From Pseudomonadota bacterium (GTDB lineage Bacteria; Pseudomonadota; Gammaproteobacteria; JAGOUN01), in contig JAZKAS010000032.1 of assembly GCA_040389005.1 (NCBI GenBank), forward strand, positions 17,738 through 49,737: a stretch of DNA of 32,000 bases, written 5' to 3'. The notes below the pieces were generated by a model, which was given only the letters and a program-made list of their open reading frames with translations, ran no database searches and had not been told where the DNA came from. The translations under genes and the position numbers were made by a program. Below are positions 1 through 9,197 of this stretch, piece by piece. Each line of letters opens with the position of its first letter. The first letter of the stretch is position 1.

Positions 1-1027
1 ATGCTTCTTTAGAAATTAAATATTCCAAAAAAGAAACTCTCTTATTTTTACCAGGATATTCAACCATGGCGCCTAAATTAGAGTAAAAAAATAATTTGTA
101 CGCCAATTGATAGCAGCTATGCCGAAATAAAAACGCCAAAGCAGGAACCATTTGGCCCGCATTATCAGGATCTTTAATTAGACTATCTTCTTGCAAACCA
201 ACCGCTTGAATCTGCTCATCTGATAGCATATTCATGGCGGCGAATGCTTTTTTATAAAGCATTACGCTAAAAACAGAAACTGAATCAGCTTTTTTATTTG
301 GATTTCTAACCATCATATTCAGATCAAAACCGGGCGCTATTTTTATTGCAAATTTAAATCCTTGTTCATCTAGTGAAAATTTCAGAGCGGAGACCGTTCC
401 ATTTCCATCAAGAGATCGAATCATCGTATTTTGATTGAAACCAGCAGCACTCAATTGTTCAGGCAATAATCTCTCGAGAAAATCGAATTGTTTTTTTCTA
501 AGTAATAATTCTGGCGCAGATGGTGCGTACTGTTTTGTTTCTGTTGGCCCTATTAGTGCTTCATTTAAATTAAGCACTTGAACTATTCTATCAGGAACTT
601 TTTTTAAATACACAATGCCACCATGAATAAAAAAAAGTCCTAGTATCGTGAGTTGAATATAAGGATCCACCGTACTCTTGGCTATCGCATTAAAATTTAT
701 ACTTGCAAACTGTGCTGTACTAAATTTATTGAGAAAATTTATTTGATTTTTAACAATGAAGCACTCAATAACAGATACACCCTCTCTGTTTATAGAGGAA
801 TTGACGTCTATACGTTTAATTTGTTCTTTGGATAGACATTCAACGGCCATCACTGGCATTTTCTCCATTAATTGCCCAAAAATAGTAAGCCCATGAACAT
901 GATACCCAGGCTCATCAATCACTAAATTTAAATCAATATCCCGATACTTTGCGAACAAAGCTTTGACCAAATCAACTTGAGCATGCTCCAGCTTGTCTAA
1001 CTCTTTTGAAAATTGAATGATGCTCAC
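1..1027 (-). CDS. hypothetical protein; N-terminal part only, ORF runs off the left window edge
   Basis: Hand translation of the minus strand from GTG at 1027..1025 (AAGGAAAG a few nt upstream) down to position 1 gives more than 340 codons with no stop. It is absent from the supplied track because no stop lies inside the window. No family recognised. Confidence 0.5.
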   Translation of the reverse strand, partial: MSIIQFSKELDKLEHAQVDLVKALFAKYRDIDLNLVIDEPGYHVHGLTIFGQLMEKMPVMAVECLSKEQIKRIDVNSSINREGVSVIECFIVKNQINFLNKFSTAQFASINFNAIAKSTVDPYIQLTILGLFFIHGGIVYLKKVPDRIVQVLNLNEALIGPTETKQYAPSAPELLLRKKQFDFLERLLPEQLSAAGFNQNTMIRSLDGNGTVSALKFSLDEQGFKFAIKIAPGFDLNMMVRNPNKKADSVSVFSVMLYKKAFAAMNMLSDEQIQAVGLQEDSLIKDPDNAGQMVPALAFLFRHSCYQLAYKLFFYSNLGAMVEYPGKNKRVSFLEYLISKEA

Positions 1028-1349
1028 TACGCTTTCCTTTTTTATATACCGGTTTTACTGGTTACAAACATATGATCAATAATAGCACAATAACAAGGTA
1101 AATTCTACAAATTAAGCTTATTTATCTAATTTAATCAATAATTTGCGATTAATTTTTAAACAATTGCAAACTTAGTCATGACGTAATTATTCATTGAAAC
1201 AGTCAACACAAGGCTCTGGCGATAAAAATAACAAAGCAACTCGAAAAAAAAATATAAAATCGCAAATGGATGGCACTTGAAACTTTATTGACACTTTACC
1301 AATATCAACAAAATAGTTGATTGCTAATTGACTAGATTACTCGGACCCA

Positions 1350-1565
1350 TTGATTTATGATGAAAATATGTTTGGGCTGCGAGAAGGGTTTTTAAACAAA
1401 AAAAACAAGCTAAAATCAACACACGACACCACTCTTGCTGCTAATGCTTCAAAAGTTGAACTTCCTATAAACGAATCACTGCCCCCTGCTATAACAGCAA
1501 CGGCTCAAACAACAAACCTTATTAAACCACCACTTGTATTTGACGATCATAGATGGGTGTGTTGA
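1350..1565 (+). CDS. short ORF, possibly the displaced N-terminus of the 1534..3312 gene
   Basis: This 71-aa ORF ends inside the next ORF. Both frames are open across 1495-1565. The downstream ORF has only a TTG start with no visible RBS, and its first ATG is about 79 codons in. Confidence 0.25.
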   Translation: MIYDENMFGLREGFLNKKNKLKSTHDTTLAANASKVELPINESLPPAITATAQTTNLIKPPLVFDDHRWVC

Positions 1566-3312
1566 GAGAAAAATTGAATCACCTATTTATGTTGCAATTG
1601 ACGAGCTAATCAATATACGCACAGAAGAAAGTATCGTCGTCATTGAGCGCCATGAATTTCCAATTCATTTTACTCCATATAGCATAAAGCAAGAACTGAC
1701 AAAACGCGGCAGCTCATTAGCCGTACTTGACGCCGAGCCACTCGGATGCTTAGTGGCATATGAAAAAATTATCATGCAGCGATTACAGTTGTTAGCTGAA
1801 CGCATGACATCAAATAATCAAGAAGTCACAAAAAATACATGCGCCCATCCAACTATTTTAATAGATATTTCTCAAAATATTGAAGAACAGATGGAAAATC
1901 AATTAATGCATTTTGATTTTTCAAAGGAAAAAAATATTATAGTTAAACCTACTTATTCTACTCTGGGCGCTAACATTTTTTGTTGCAGCAAAGACATTTT
2001 ACTTGAAAAACTAATGGAACTAAAAAGTACTTACCACTCTGCGAAGCCATATCATAGAACTGCGGAAGATGTTCTAAGAATGGTTAGTGTAGGCACATCA
2101 GGCACCTTTTCTGGCACAAAAAGTGACTTTAAAGAAAACTGCAGAAAAATGGGCGCCGATTCATTGTTAGCGGAATTTGATACGCGTGATAAACAGGATC
2201 CATTTTTTATCATTCAACCTATTAAAAGTGATGTTGTTTTGGCAACACATTCACTTGTATTAACAAGAGAATATTTGCCAACTTATAGAACCTTCATCCT
2301 AGTAGCTCAAGATAGCAATACCCCTGATAATGTTTCAGTACAACTATTGAGTAAAGTGCAGGTTATATTACCTCAGCAACATTATAGCGCTAATGAGAAT
2401 ATAAGAAAAAGCAGCGTTGTTGCAGGCAATAGCCACAAAAGTCGAAGCTATATCGAAAAAGATAATGAAATTTATGAGTGTGTCATAGAAGCATTGAACA
2501 CCCCTCAAACCAAAAAATTCTTTAGCTTCATTTTTGGTGGTCATCAGAATATATTGCGCCAGCTACAAACTAATTTTCCCGAACAAGAAAATTATTGGCG
2601 CTCAATTAGCACTTATCCTCCTTATCAACGTATGTTCAATCTTCCTATACCCCAAACAGAGACGATAAGATATCAAAATATTATGATGCTTTATAGATTG
2701 ATGCGATTCTCCAATTACAAAAGCGCAGATCAGCTTGCAACTTCGTTGACATTACTCGAACTTTACACTGAAATTAAAAGAAAAAACCATGCAGCACCAT
2801 CGTATATTAAATATTTTTTAATTAGTTTTAATTATGCAAATAATATGATTAATTTTCTCTTGGTCATGTATGAAAACAAAAATAATCCATTTTTAGTAGC
2901 GTTAAATATTAAACGGTTACTAGGATCAATAGAAGTCTATACAGACGCACTGAAGCTTCTAAAAGACAGTAACTATATTGATCTAATTTATGATTGCACA
3001 AAAAAAGTATTAAAATTATTTGAATTGCTATTTCCAGACGCAAAAAAATTACGTAAACCACCCTCTCAACCAAAACTCGACCAAAACTGGGTTGAGTTTT
3101 TTAAGCAAAAATCTGCCAGAGACACTGCCATTGATTTGACTATAGGACTTTTTAGAGCTGAACCCTGTTTAATTGATGCAAGATCGTCAGAAAAAAGCAA
3201 AGCAGAAGAAATTGTTGAGCACAGATTAGCGCTTTCACAATGGTCAACGTTGTATTTTCATAGCATTCAAATTACAAAAGAAATTATTGAGCCAGCATAT
3301 CCGAGCGTGTAA
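1534..3312 (+). CDS. hypothetical protein (orphan, 592 aa)
   Basis: Long uninterrupted ORF with no recognisable catalytic motifs. The start is uncertain (see 1350..1565). Confidence 0.6.
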   Translation: MYLTIIDGCVERKIESPIYVAIDELINIRTEESIVVIERHEFPIHFTPYSIKQELTKRGSSLAVLDAEPLGCLVAYEKIIMQRLQLLAERMTSNNQEVTKNTCAHPTILIDISQNIEEQMENQLMHFDFSKEKNIIVKPTYSTLGANIFCCSKDILLEKLMELKSTYHSAKPYHRTAEDVLRMVSVGTSGTFSGTKSDFKENCRKMGADSLLAEFDTRDKQDPFFIIQPIKSDVVLATHSLVLTREYLPTYRTFILVAQDSNTPDNVSVQLLSKVQVILPQQHYSANENIRKSSVVAGNSHKSRSYIEKDNEIYECVIEALNTPQTKKFFSFIFGGHQNILRQLQTNFPEQENYWRSISTYPPYQRMFNLPIPQTETIRYQNIMMLYRLMRFSNYKSADQLATSLTLLELYTEIKRKNHAAPSYIKYFLISFNYANNMINFLLVMYENKNNPFLVALNIKRLLGSIEVYTDALKLLKDSNYIDLIYDCTKKVLKLFELLFPDAKKLRKPPSQPKLDQNWVEFFKQKSARDTAIDLTIGLFRAEPCLIDARSSEKSKAEEIVEHRLALSQWSTLYFHSIQITKEIIEPAYPSV

Positions 3313-3414
3313 ACCACCAAATCAATGAGCAACTCTAGGTAGTTACATCAAATTTAAAAACCTAAAAGAGGCGCTAAATCAGCGTTATAATATCGATTGT
3401 CAACACACCCTAAT

Positions 3415-3459
3415 GATATTAATTTTTATCTTTTCTAGGATGCCCCCAAAGTTGCCTCC
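3415..3459 (+). repeat. copy A of bipartite element GATATTAATTTT-N13-ATGCCCCCAAAGTTGCCTCC
   Basis: Same 12-mer, same 13-nt spacing and 18/20 identity in the C-rich core as 9153..9197. The core recurs at 19931..19950. Confidence 0.7.
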
Positions 3460-3518
3460 TTTGATTTCTACAAAGGGTACATTTTAAATAATTAAATTTT
3501 TTAAGATTTGTTTAATAT

Positions 3519-4454
3519 ATGATCTGTGATAATACGCCAAGTTATAAAACTCGAGGACACGCCATGGACCTTAGTCAAAGCAAAAAAAAATCAACTGGCG
3601 CCGAGCCAACAAAAGTTTATTTATATAAAATAAAACCAAACGATATTTGTAATGAAATGGATGCCCTCCCTGAATCTAGTCCAACATTTCAGGGAATAGG
3701 TAAATCCAAAACTCTCCGCTTATTACGATTGGACATCAATCAAAAATTAAACCTGTATATTAAATATCATAACCGCACATTAACGCAAATCACTGAAACA
3801 ATATTTCATCGAGAAAATCAAAAAAAAGACAAATGCCCAGCGTCATTAAAGGCGAAAGTAGCTAGCAAATTTCTAGATTATATTTGTAAAAGCGGCGGTA
3901 TATCAGGAGCAGATATTTATCTGGAAGTTTATAACGGATTTATTTACTGTTTTTATAAAAATGACAGTGCATCAATTTTAGAAATTCAAAATAAATTTGC
4001 ATCACTTCTTGATGAACATAATTTATCCGCTGAAGCGTTTTTCGATGTTTCAAATGAGACAATAAAGTTACCCGAAATAATTCAAAAATTTTTATCTCCA
4101 ACAACACCTTTTGAAACCGAAATCGCTCAACTCAGAAAATTCATCGATCATTACAATAGCTTTATTGTTCAAGCAACACAAAAAACCATAAACATAACAA
4201 CCCTCTTCGGCGAGAGAAAAATAAGCCTCACAGGATTAGTAGAATCAGCAGCAAAAACTAATGTCGCAAATGCGTTGATTGCTGAATATGAAACTGAAAA
4301 TCCAAATATTAAAGACCGTTATCTTCAATCACTTACCGAAAATGGATTAACTTCAGATAAATTTTTATCTGGACAAACTAAATATTTTTTATCTGCAGCA
4401 CTGATAGAAAAATTAGAAGACTTTGCCATCAATGTAGATAATTGTGCTAATTAA
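3519..4454 (+). CDS. hypothetical protein (orphan)
   Basis: 311-aa ORF. The internal ATG at 3564 is preceded by GAGGA about 7 nt upstream and may be the true start. No family recognised. Confidence 0.6.
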   Translation: MICDNTPSYKTRGHAMDLSQSKKKSTGAEPTKVYLYKIKPNDICNEMDALPESSPTFQGIGKSKTLRLLRLDINQKLNLYIKYHNRTLTQITETIFHRENQKKDKCPASLKAKVASKFLDYICKSGGISGADIYLEVYNGFIYCFYKNDSASILEIQNKFASLLDEHNLSAEAFFDVSNETIKLPEIIQKFLSPTTPFETEIAQLRKFIDHYNSFIVQATQKTINITTLFGERKISLTGLVESAAKTNVANALIAEYETENPNIKDRYLQSLTENGLTSDKFLSGQTKYFLSAALIEKLEDFAINVDNCAN

Positions 4455-4492
4455 GTAGGTAATATCTGCCGTAAATTACCTACTTCTTTGAT
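4453..4492 (+). terminator. putative rho-independent terminator
   Basis: AAGTAGGTAAT (4453-4463) pairs perfectly with ATTACCTACTT (4475-4485) around an 11-nt loop, followed by CTTTGATTT. It lies immediately after the 3519..4454 stop. Confidence 0.55.
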
Positions 4493-4616
4493 TTGGTACC
4501 TACTTAATTATGAGCTCACTGAAGATTATCCCGGATTGTGTTAAATATTGTAATCTCGTTTGCAAAACCCTTGGCTTTAATTGTAATGGCAGGCAAAAAA
4601 TCCGCGCTTGTGTGAT

Positions 4617-5504
4617 TTAAGGCCCTCGTAATTCAGCGGCAACAATGCCATTGTTATTTTGAGCTCCGCCGCCAAAATGCCCGGCTCTCAAAATATGTGG
4701 GCTTACATGGCTTGCAGGCTGTGCTCTTACTGAAGGTTGTAATGCAAGGATTTCATTTACAAAAAGCAATGAATCGCTGGAAATTAAACGTATCAACACC
4801 TCGGCGCTTTTCATGTTATTTTTAAAGCCATTAGAAACTATGCAAGCTAACGAAAAAACAATACTTACGGTGCTCATGCACACAGCGCATAACGTTTTAT
4901 TGTTAATATTAAAATATAAAAAACCAAGAACTGCGACCAAGACAAGAAATCTTAGTAAATTCTCAGTTCGCATACCGTTATTGAATGCATCGATGTCGAA
5001 AGTGCATGATTCTAAAAACCTCTTTCTTGATGCATCTATCTCCACAAGTTCATGATTGAAATCTTGCTTAAGAGATATTATTGTATCTGCTTTATCTTGC
5101 GATATAGCTTCGCATGCCGCTTTAAAGGTAGATAAATCTTGTGCTGCAAGCATAATAAGAGAGATAACAAATGCATGTAAGTTCATTGCTATTGCTTTGA
5201 TTTCTGGGTCTGTTTTTCCTGCTATAGCCAGAGTCGATTCAAGAAAGTATATTTTAGCTGGTTTTGTTTTTGTAAGCTCTTCTCTCTGATAGAACCCAAT
5301 AAGCATGCATTTATGTTGCACCTCGCCCTGTTGGCCAGGTTGTTGACTACATTCTTTGTGGAGTTTTATCAGCCTGCGGAGAAGGTCGGATTCAAACGCC
5401 TGTAATAACCTACTCACTTTTTCAAACTCGTCGTGTTTATATTGGTATTGCCCGCCCAATTCATTGACAAGAAAATTTTTATCATCTCTTAAGAACGCGA
5501 GCAT
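4617..5504 (-). CDS. hypothetical membrane protein with bilobed hydrophobic hairpin
   Basis: 295-aa ORF with AAGGAA about 7 nt upstream of the ATG. Two adjacent hydrophobic segments (LLRFLVLVAVLGFLYF and LCAVCMSTVSIVFSLACIV) are separated by a short loop. Three plus-strand track ORFs inside it look like shadow ORFs. Confidence 0.6.
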   Translation of the reverse strand: MLAFLRDDKNFLVNELGGQYQYKHDEFEKVSRLLQAFESDLLRRLIKLHKECSQQPGQQGEVQHKCMLIGFYQREELTKTKPAKIYFLESTLAIAGKTDPEIKAIAMNLHAFVISLIMLAAQDLSTFKAACEAISQDKADTIISLKQDFNHELVEIDASRKRFLESCTFDIDAFNNGMRTENLLRFLVLVAVLGFLYFNINNKTLCAVCMSTVSIVFSLACIVSNGFKNNMKSAEVLIRLISSDSLLFVNEILALQPSVRAQPASHVSPHILRAGHFGGGAQNNNGIVAAELRGP

Positions 5505-5569
5505 AGCGTATTCCTTTTTTCAAGCATTAGCGAGCAATTGTATATTCTTTAGCTTAAAGCTTTGTTAAA

Positions 5570-5746
5570 TCAGCGTGGATCAATAGCATCATGCGCGTAA
5601 AGGGATTATTTGAAAAAACGTTGCCCGCCAGTAGTTATTGTCATTACTACATTAGTTCGCTCTCTATCGACAAGATGGATCGCATCAGTGAAGCGGTACG
5701 TGCACACTGGGGGATAGAGAACTTGATAGATCAGTCAATCACTTGA
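5570..5746 (+). pseudogene. C-terminal remnant of an ISAs1-family (IS4-like, H-repeat-associated) transposase
   Basis: The frame ending in TGA at 5744-5746 reads ...KTLPASSYCHYYISSLSIDKMDRISEAVRAHWGIENLIDQSIT*. (R)YYISSL and (I/V)RxHWGIEN are the conserved C-terminal signatures of this transposase family. There is no upstream catalytic region and the normal LHW..LDV tail is cut short. Confidence 0.7.
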
Positions 5747-5778
5747 CAAATGAGTATGGCTTTAGCAATTAGGCCACT

Positions 5779-6573
5779 TTAAAAACGATAAATTAACCCT
5801 ACTAACAAGCTTTGAATAGTCAGATCTGCGCTGCTATTCATTGAGCTAGAGAACTCCGATAAGGTCGGCGTTGGGGTAATCGCATAATCGGTACTTATTG
5901 TCCCAAAATCGGAATATAGGTATTGTATTTGAAGAAACCAATTGTCGTTAAAAGCATACTCACCGCCCGCCCCTAGAGCCCAACCGTATTTCATTTCTGA
6001 AGTAGTTCCTGATCCATATGCGCCCGGTAGATTAAGGCCCAGCTGAGAATTATCATCACTATATGAAGAAGTATATTCAAGATTAGTCATTGCAGGGCCG
6101 CCAGTTAAATAAACTAACCAACGATTTTCTGCATAGCCTATCTTTAAACGTAATGTCCCTTCCCAATTGGCCTTAAGGGTCTCATTAGTCGCAAATTGTA
6201 TGCTGGGATCTGAGGTAAAAGTGTTATATCCAGAATGAGAACTATTTAGAGACAGCGTGTTAAAGCTCGCTTCACCTCCTATAACAATATGATTAAATTG
6301 GCGCTCATAGCCTCCAAATATACCGCCAGAAAAACTTCGCTCTGATAAATCATCATCAGCGGCAGCGGCAATCTCAGGAGCGTCTTGCGTATAATTAAAG
6401 TAAGTACCCCCTGGCGCCACAGAAGTTTGCATTTTTGTCTTGCTGAGCACACTTCCCATATCAGCACCGACATAAAATCCATTCCATTTTTCTTCATTTT
6501 GAAGAGAAAAAGCTTGTGTTGCCAAAAACAACAAAAGACATCCCTGCAAAAAAGTACAAACTTTAAAACTCAT
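5779..6573 (-). CDS. outer-membrane beta-barrel protein (OMP_b-brl / porin-like family)
   Basis: Signal peptide MSFKVCTFLQGCLLLFLATQAFS. It has GFYVGADMG near the N-terminus, alternating aromatic/Gly-rich strands and the terminal VGLIYRF (C-terminal Phe) beta-barrel signature. Confidence 0.8.
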   Translation of the reverse strand: MSFKVCTFLQGCLLLFLATQAFSLQNEEKWNGFYVGADMGSVLSKTKMQTSVAPGGTYFNYTQDAPEIAAAADDDLSERSFSGGIFGGYERQFNHIVIGGEASFNTLSLNSSHSGYNTFTSDPSIQFATNETLKANWEGTLRLKIGYAENRWLVYLTGGPAMTNLEYTSSYSDDNSQLGLNLPGAYGSGTTSEMKYGWALGAGGEYAFNDNWFLQIQYLYSDFGTISTDYAITPTPTLSEFSSSMNSSADLTIQSLLVGLIYRF

Positions 6574-7156
6574 AATAAATCCCTATATTAATTTTCTGAA
6601 TAGTATCAACATATAAATGAAAAAATCAATTGGCTTTTGTTAGCCATAAAAAGAGGGAAATCGTGAGGTTGTGCAAAAAAGATCTTATCACAACGTTGTG
6701 TTTCTAATAAGCCAATGCTCTTCAAGAGGGCGACCAATCGGTAGCCCCTACGCGCCCACCATCAACGCAAAACCTAACGAGTGCGTACGTTCACTACTTT
6801 TAAAATAATAAATTATTTTTCCACGTGCGGGGATTATTTTTTATGTACTTGCGAATATGCAACAACGATTTTTCATTGCACAACATGTCCAAAATCATTT
6901 AAGAGCATCACCTCGTTTTCAATTTCTCCAAACAAGCATTAAAATAAATAGCAATTAAAAAATATGACCGTGAACATATCGTAAAGCATTAAACGAATTA
7001 GGGGTGCTTTAAATAAAGGCTTTTTTCGAGATCCACGCCCTAGAGAAAAAGTCTTAGGGGGCAGAATTAAGCTTAGCGCCCTCTTAGGTAGAAAAATATG
7101 GCCATATCCACTATAATCGTCGCCATTCTTTATATTGATGAAGCGACACAACAAAA

Positions 7157-9022
7157 ATGCCAGAGCTTGGTTTATTAGGACAACTGACAACCCAAAAATA
7201 CGTGATGGCATCGTTTTTAAAGGAGTGGTTGCCAGTTCAATCCATCGTCAATCTTTGGACAAGCGCTGGCACTTCAAGCATACTGATACGCTCCTCTCTG
7301 TTTATGAGTCCACAACACAGCCTCACTCAGCTGACCTTAGAAAAAGCAACCGTTTCGGATTTAAAAAAATTCTTGCGCGTGCTTGTGAATACTAAATTTT
7401 CTAGCCCAATCTACTCAGCCGAAGAAATTAAGAAAAAGATTTTGAGTTCACTAAATCAGCCAGACGCAGATCTCGAGTATCGACTGCTGGCATTGAATTT
7501 TTTGAATGAAAATCCATTTACATTTGAGCGACCACGTAATTACGATCGATTAACTTTATTGCTTTATTGCGCAAACCCTTCGATAGACCCAGGCTTCATC
7601 GCTAAAGAAATTCAACGGCTCTTATACAAAGCTCGAGAAAATTTTCAAAGAATAAGGCAGCGCAGCAAGTTGAATAACGAACTCCATGATCCAACAAAAG
7701 CAATTATTATAGATATTGTGCTCATGCTAAACTCAACCGCACATAAGCTCGAAAGAAATCAAGCAGGAGCACTCATTGCACAAGCATATAATTTTTGCAA
7801 GAAGGCTCGAAGCTATTTTAATTGGCGTAATATGCAGGAAACGATCTATTTATTGGCCATGCTTACCGTTAAGTATCAAGTCAAAGAGCTTCACGAGCTG
7901 GTAGAATTTCTAGCTGATTTGGATGAAAGCTCGCAAGGCAGTATATATCCAAACTCCTCTCTTTGCCGCACTATAAGCGAAGTTGCTTCTCAGCATCCAT
8001 CTACTTTTACGACCGCAATTTCCCAAGGCTTACTGAATAATATCAGCAATAATGTTGCTCACGCATACGCTGTACTAGAAGCTGAGAAAAATAATTTTCT
8101 TGGGGACAGTCAGAGCGACCTGGTGAAAAATGCGTTCTGGACACTGCTAAACCCTCCCGATATACGCCTTCAACAGAAAATGATAGAACATGTTATACAT
8201 TTATGGAGCCACCTTGGAGACAGCACGCGTGGTACGATCAGTGATAAGTTATTGGCACTGCTAAGCGATAGCGATGACAAGTATAGCCGCCCCGTTCGTG
8301 GCGAGGCAATAAGGGCTGTCACACATTTATGGAATCACTTTGGTGACAATCTGCGTGAGGCAATGAGCAATAAGTTATTTGCGCTGCTAAGCGATACCAG
8401 ATCTGACGTTTGTGGCGAAGCAATAGAAGCTGTCGCATGTTTATGGCATCACCTTAAAGACAATCAGCGTGACATTATAAAAAATACGTTATTGACGCTG
8501 CTAAGTCATGCCGATATTAATATTCGTAGCTCGGCGATAGCCGCTGCTACAGGTTTATGGGATCACTTTGAAGACAGCCAGCGTGACATCGTGAAAAACA
8601 CGCTATTAGAGTTGCTAAGCAGCCATGTCAACTTTGATTTTCGTGACGCTGCCGCAAGTTTATGGGATCAGTTTAATGACAGTCAGCGTGACAATATATT
8701 ATCTAGACTACTACGTACTAATAAAAAGGCTTTGCTCAATGATGATAAGACATTTATTATCTCTATCATCAGCGCGTTAAGCGAGAGACAAGTATCGACC
8801 ATCCTTGAAAGGATAGTCGAATTTTTAGACGATGCTGATGTCGATGTTCGTACAAAAGCGTTTGATATTTTTACGTGTATCATTTGCCATCATCCAGACC
8901 ATGACTATCATGCTCATCTCAATGCCTTGAAAGATCCATTACTAAAAGCTTATCTTGTTCATGCCGCTGATACGATAAGAGCCGCATTGCAATTGCCAGC
9001 ACCAATCAACAGCCATCCCTGA
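7157..9022 (+). CDS. HEAT/ARM-type repeat protein
   Basis: 621-aa ORF. The C-terminal half holds repeated units of the form A(I/V)xAxxxLWxHFxDSQRDxxxNxLLxLLS, typical of short HEAT (PBS-lyase type) repeats. The start is uncertain (alternative ATG at about 7205; overlapping ORF 7135..7395). Confidence 0.7.
   Translation: MPELGLLGQLTTQKYVMASFLKEWLPVQSIVNLWTSAGTSSILIRSSLFMSPQHSLTQLTLEKATVSDLKKFLRVLVNTKFSSPIYSAEEIKKKILSSLNQPDADLEYRLLALNFLNENPFTFERPRNYDRLTLLLYCANPSIDPGFIAKEIQRLLYKARENFQRIRQRSKLNNELHDPTKAIIIDIVLMLNSTAHKLERNQAGALIAQAYNFCKKARSYFNWRNMQETIYLLAMLTVKYQVKELHELVEFLADLDESSQGSIYPNSSLCRTISEVASQHPSTFTTAISQGLLNNISNNVAHAYAVLEAEKNNFLGDSQSDLVKNAFWTLLNPPDIRLQQKMIEHVIHLWSHLGDSTRGTISDKLLALLSDSDDKYSRPVRGEAIRAVTHLWNHFGDNLREAMSNKLFALLSDTRSDVCGEAIEAVACLWHHLKDNQRDIIKNTLLTLLSHADINIRSSAIAAATGLWDHFEDSQRDIVKNTLLELLSSHVNFDFRDAAASLWDQFNDSQRDNILSRLLRTNKKALLNDDKTFIISIISALSERQVSTILERIVEFLDDADVDVRTKAFDIFTCIICHHPDHDYHAHLNALKDPLLKAYLVHAADTIRAALQLPAPINSHP
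8093..8722 (+). repeat. in-frame tandem coding repeats (5 full units plus 1 partial, 105-126 bp) of the HEAT protein
   Basis: The TTATGG (LW) landmark recurs at 8201, 8327, 8441, 8555 and 8660, giving periods of 126, 114, 114 and 105 bp, all multiples of 3. Confidence 0.8.
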
Positions 9023-9152
9023 AGCGAAGCATAATGCTAAAAAACAAAATCAATCTTTAAAAAAAATGTATCTGTTTTTACAATAATAGCGCCCTTTCAT
9101 TTTGAAGTGGCGGCGGCAATCAAATCAGTGTATTAACTTATTGATAAATAAG

Positions 9153-9197
9153 GATATTAATTTTCTTATATTCACAGATGCCCCCAATGTTGCCCCC
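9153..9197 (+). repeat. copy B of bipartite element GATATTAATTTT-N13-ATGCCCCCAATGTTGCCCCC; candidate distal att junction of the tmRNA island
   Basis: About 36/45 identity to 3415..3459. The core is 18/20 identical to 19931..19950, in the same orientation. Confidence 0.6.

Noticed and set aside
3415-3426. GATATTAATTTT, shared by copies A and B, was considered as a PmrA-type (TTAATATT tandem) regulatory box of Legionella/Coxiella effector genes.
   Set aside because: Only one half-site-like element is present, the spacing of any second half-site does not fit the 11-bp tandem I recall, and copy B has no downstream plus-strand gene. This cannot be supported by eye.
3440-3487. Mini-ORFs start at each C-rich motif copy (MPPKLPPLISTKGTF, MPPMLPPCIPLEPYH, MPPILPPLNGGCQ). 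I considered them as polyproline stalling leader peptides, tempting given epmB in the window.
   Set aside because: There is no Shine-Dalgarno sequence before any copy. Conservation stops exactly where the DNA motif stops, and copy C has no downstream plus-strand gene to regulate. The conservation is at the DNA level.
4813-5568. Three plus-strand track ORFs (4813..5055, 5056..5289, 5356..5568) lie opposite the 4617..5504 gene.
   Set aside because: They tile antisense to a longer ORF that has a good RBS. They have low-complexity composition and no RBS, and are typical shadow ORFs. The same reasoning applies to 653..835, 6279..6497, 6385..6591, 8683..8883, 9458..9664, 9934..10179, 11579..11773, 12544..12948, 13523..13849, 14608..15075, 15156..15521, 15852..16187, 19041..19232, 19278..19547, 20896..21096, 21384..21572, 22673..22873, 23526..23795, 24545..24727, 25450..25635, 26729..26947, 27731..27913, 28065..28256, 28304..28513, 28976..29176, 29074..29274, 30619..30843, 31237..31419 and 31710..31895.
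6715-6795. A GC-rich patch in the 580-bp non-coding gap between the OMP and HEAT genes was considered as a possible gene remnant or small RNA. A 12-bp palindrome, CACAACGTTGTG, lies nearby at about 6700.
   Set aside because: No frame gives a recognisable peptide, and no convincing promoter/terminator pair is present. It is recorded only as unexplained.
6939-7395. ORFs 6939..7211 (minus) and 7135..7395 (plus) lie upstream of or overlapping the HEAT gene start.
   Set aside because: Neither has recognisable features, and they are mutually overlapping. They may only indicate uncertainty in the HEAT gene start, or a small frameshift. This is not enough evidence to call genes.
9097-9125. GTGGCGGCGGCAATCAAAT was considered as a displaced copy of the tmRNA 3' end (GGTGGAGGCGGCGGGAGTTGAA) that would mark a classical attR.
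   Set aside because: Only the GGCGGCGG core matches. The flanks match at about 50 percent, and the position relative to motif copy B is the reverse of that at the tmRNA side. It is probably chance.
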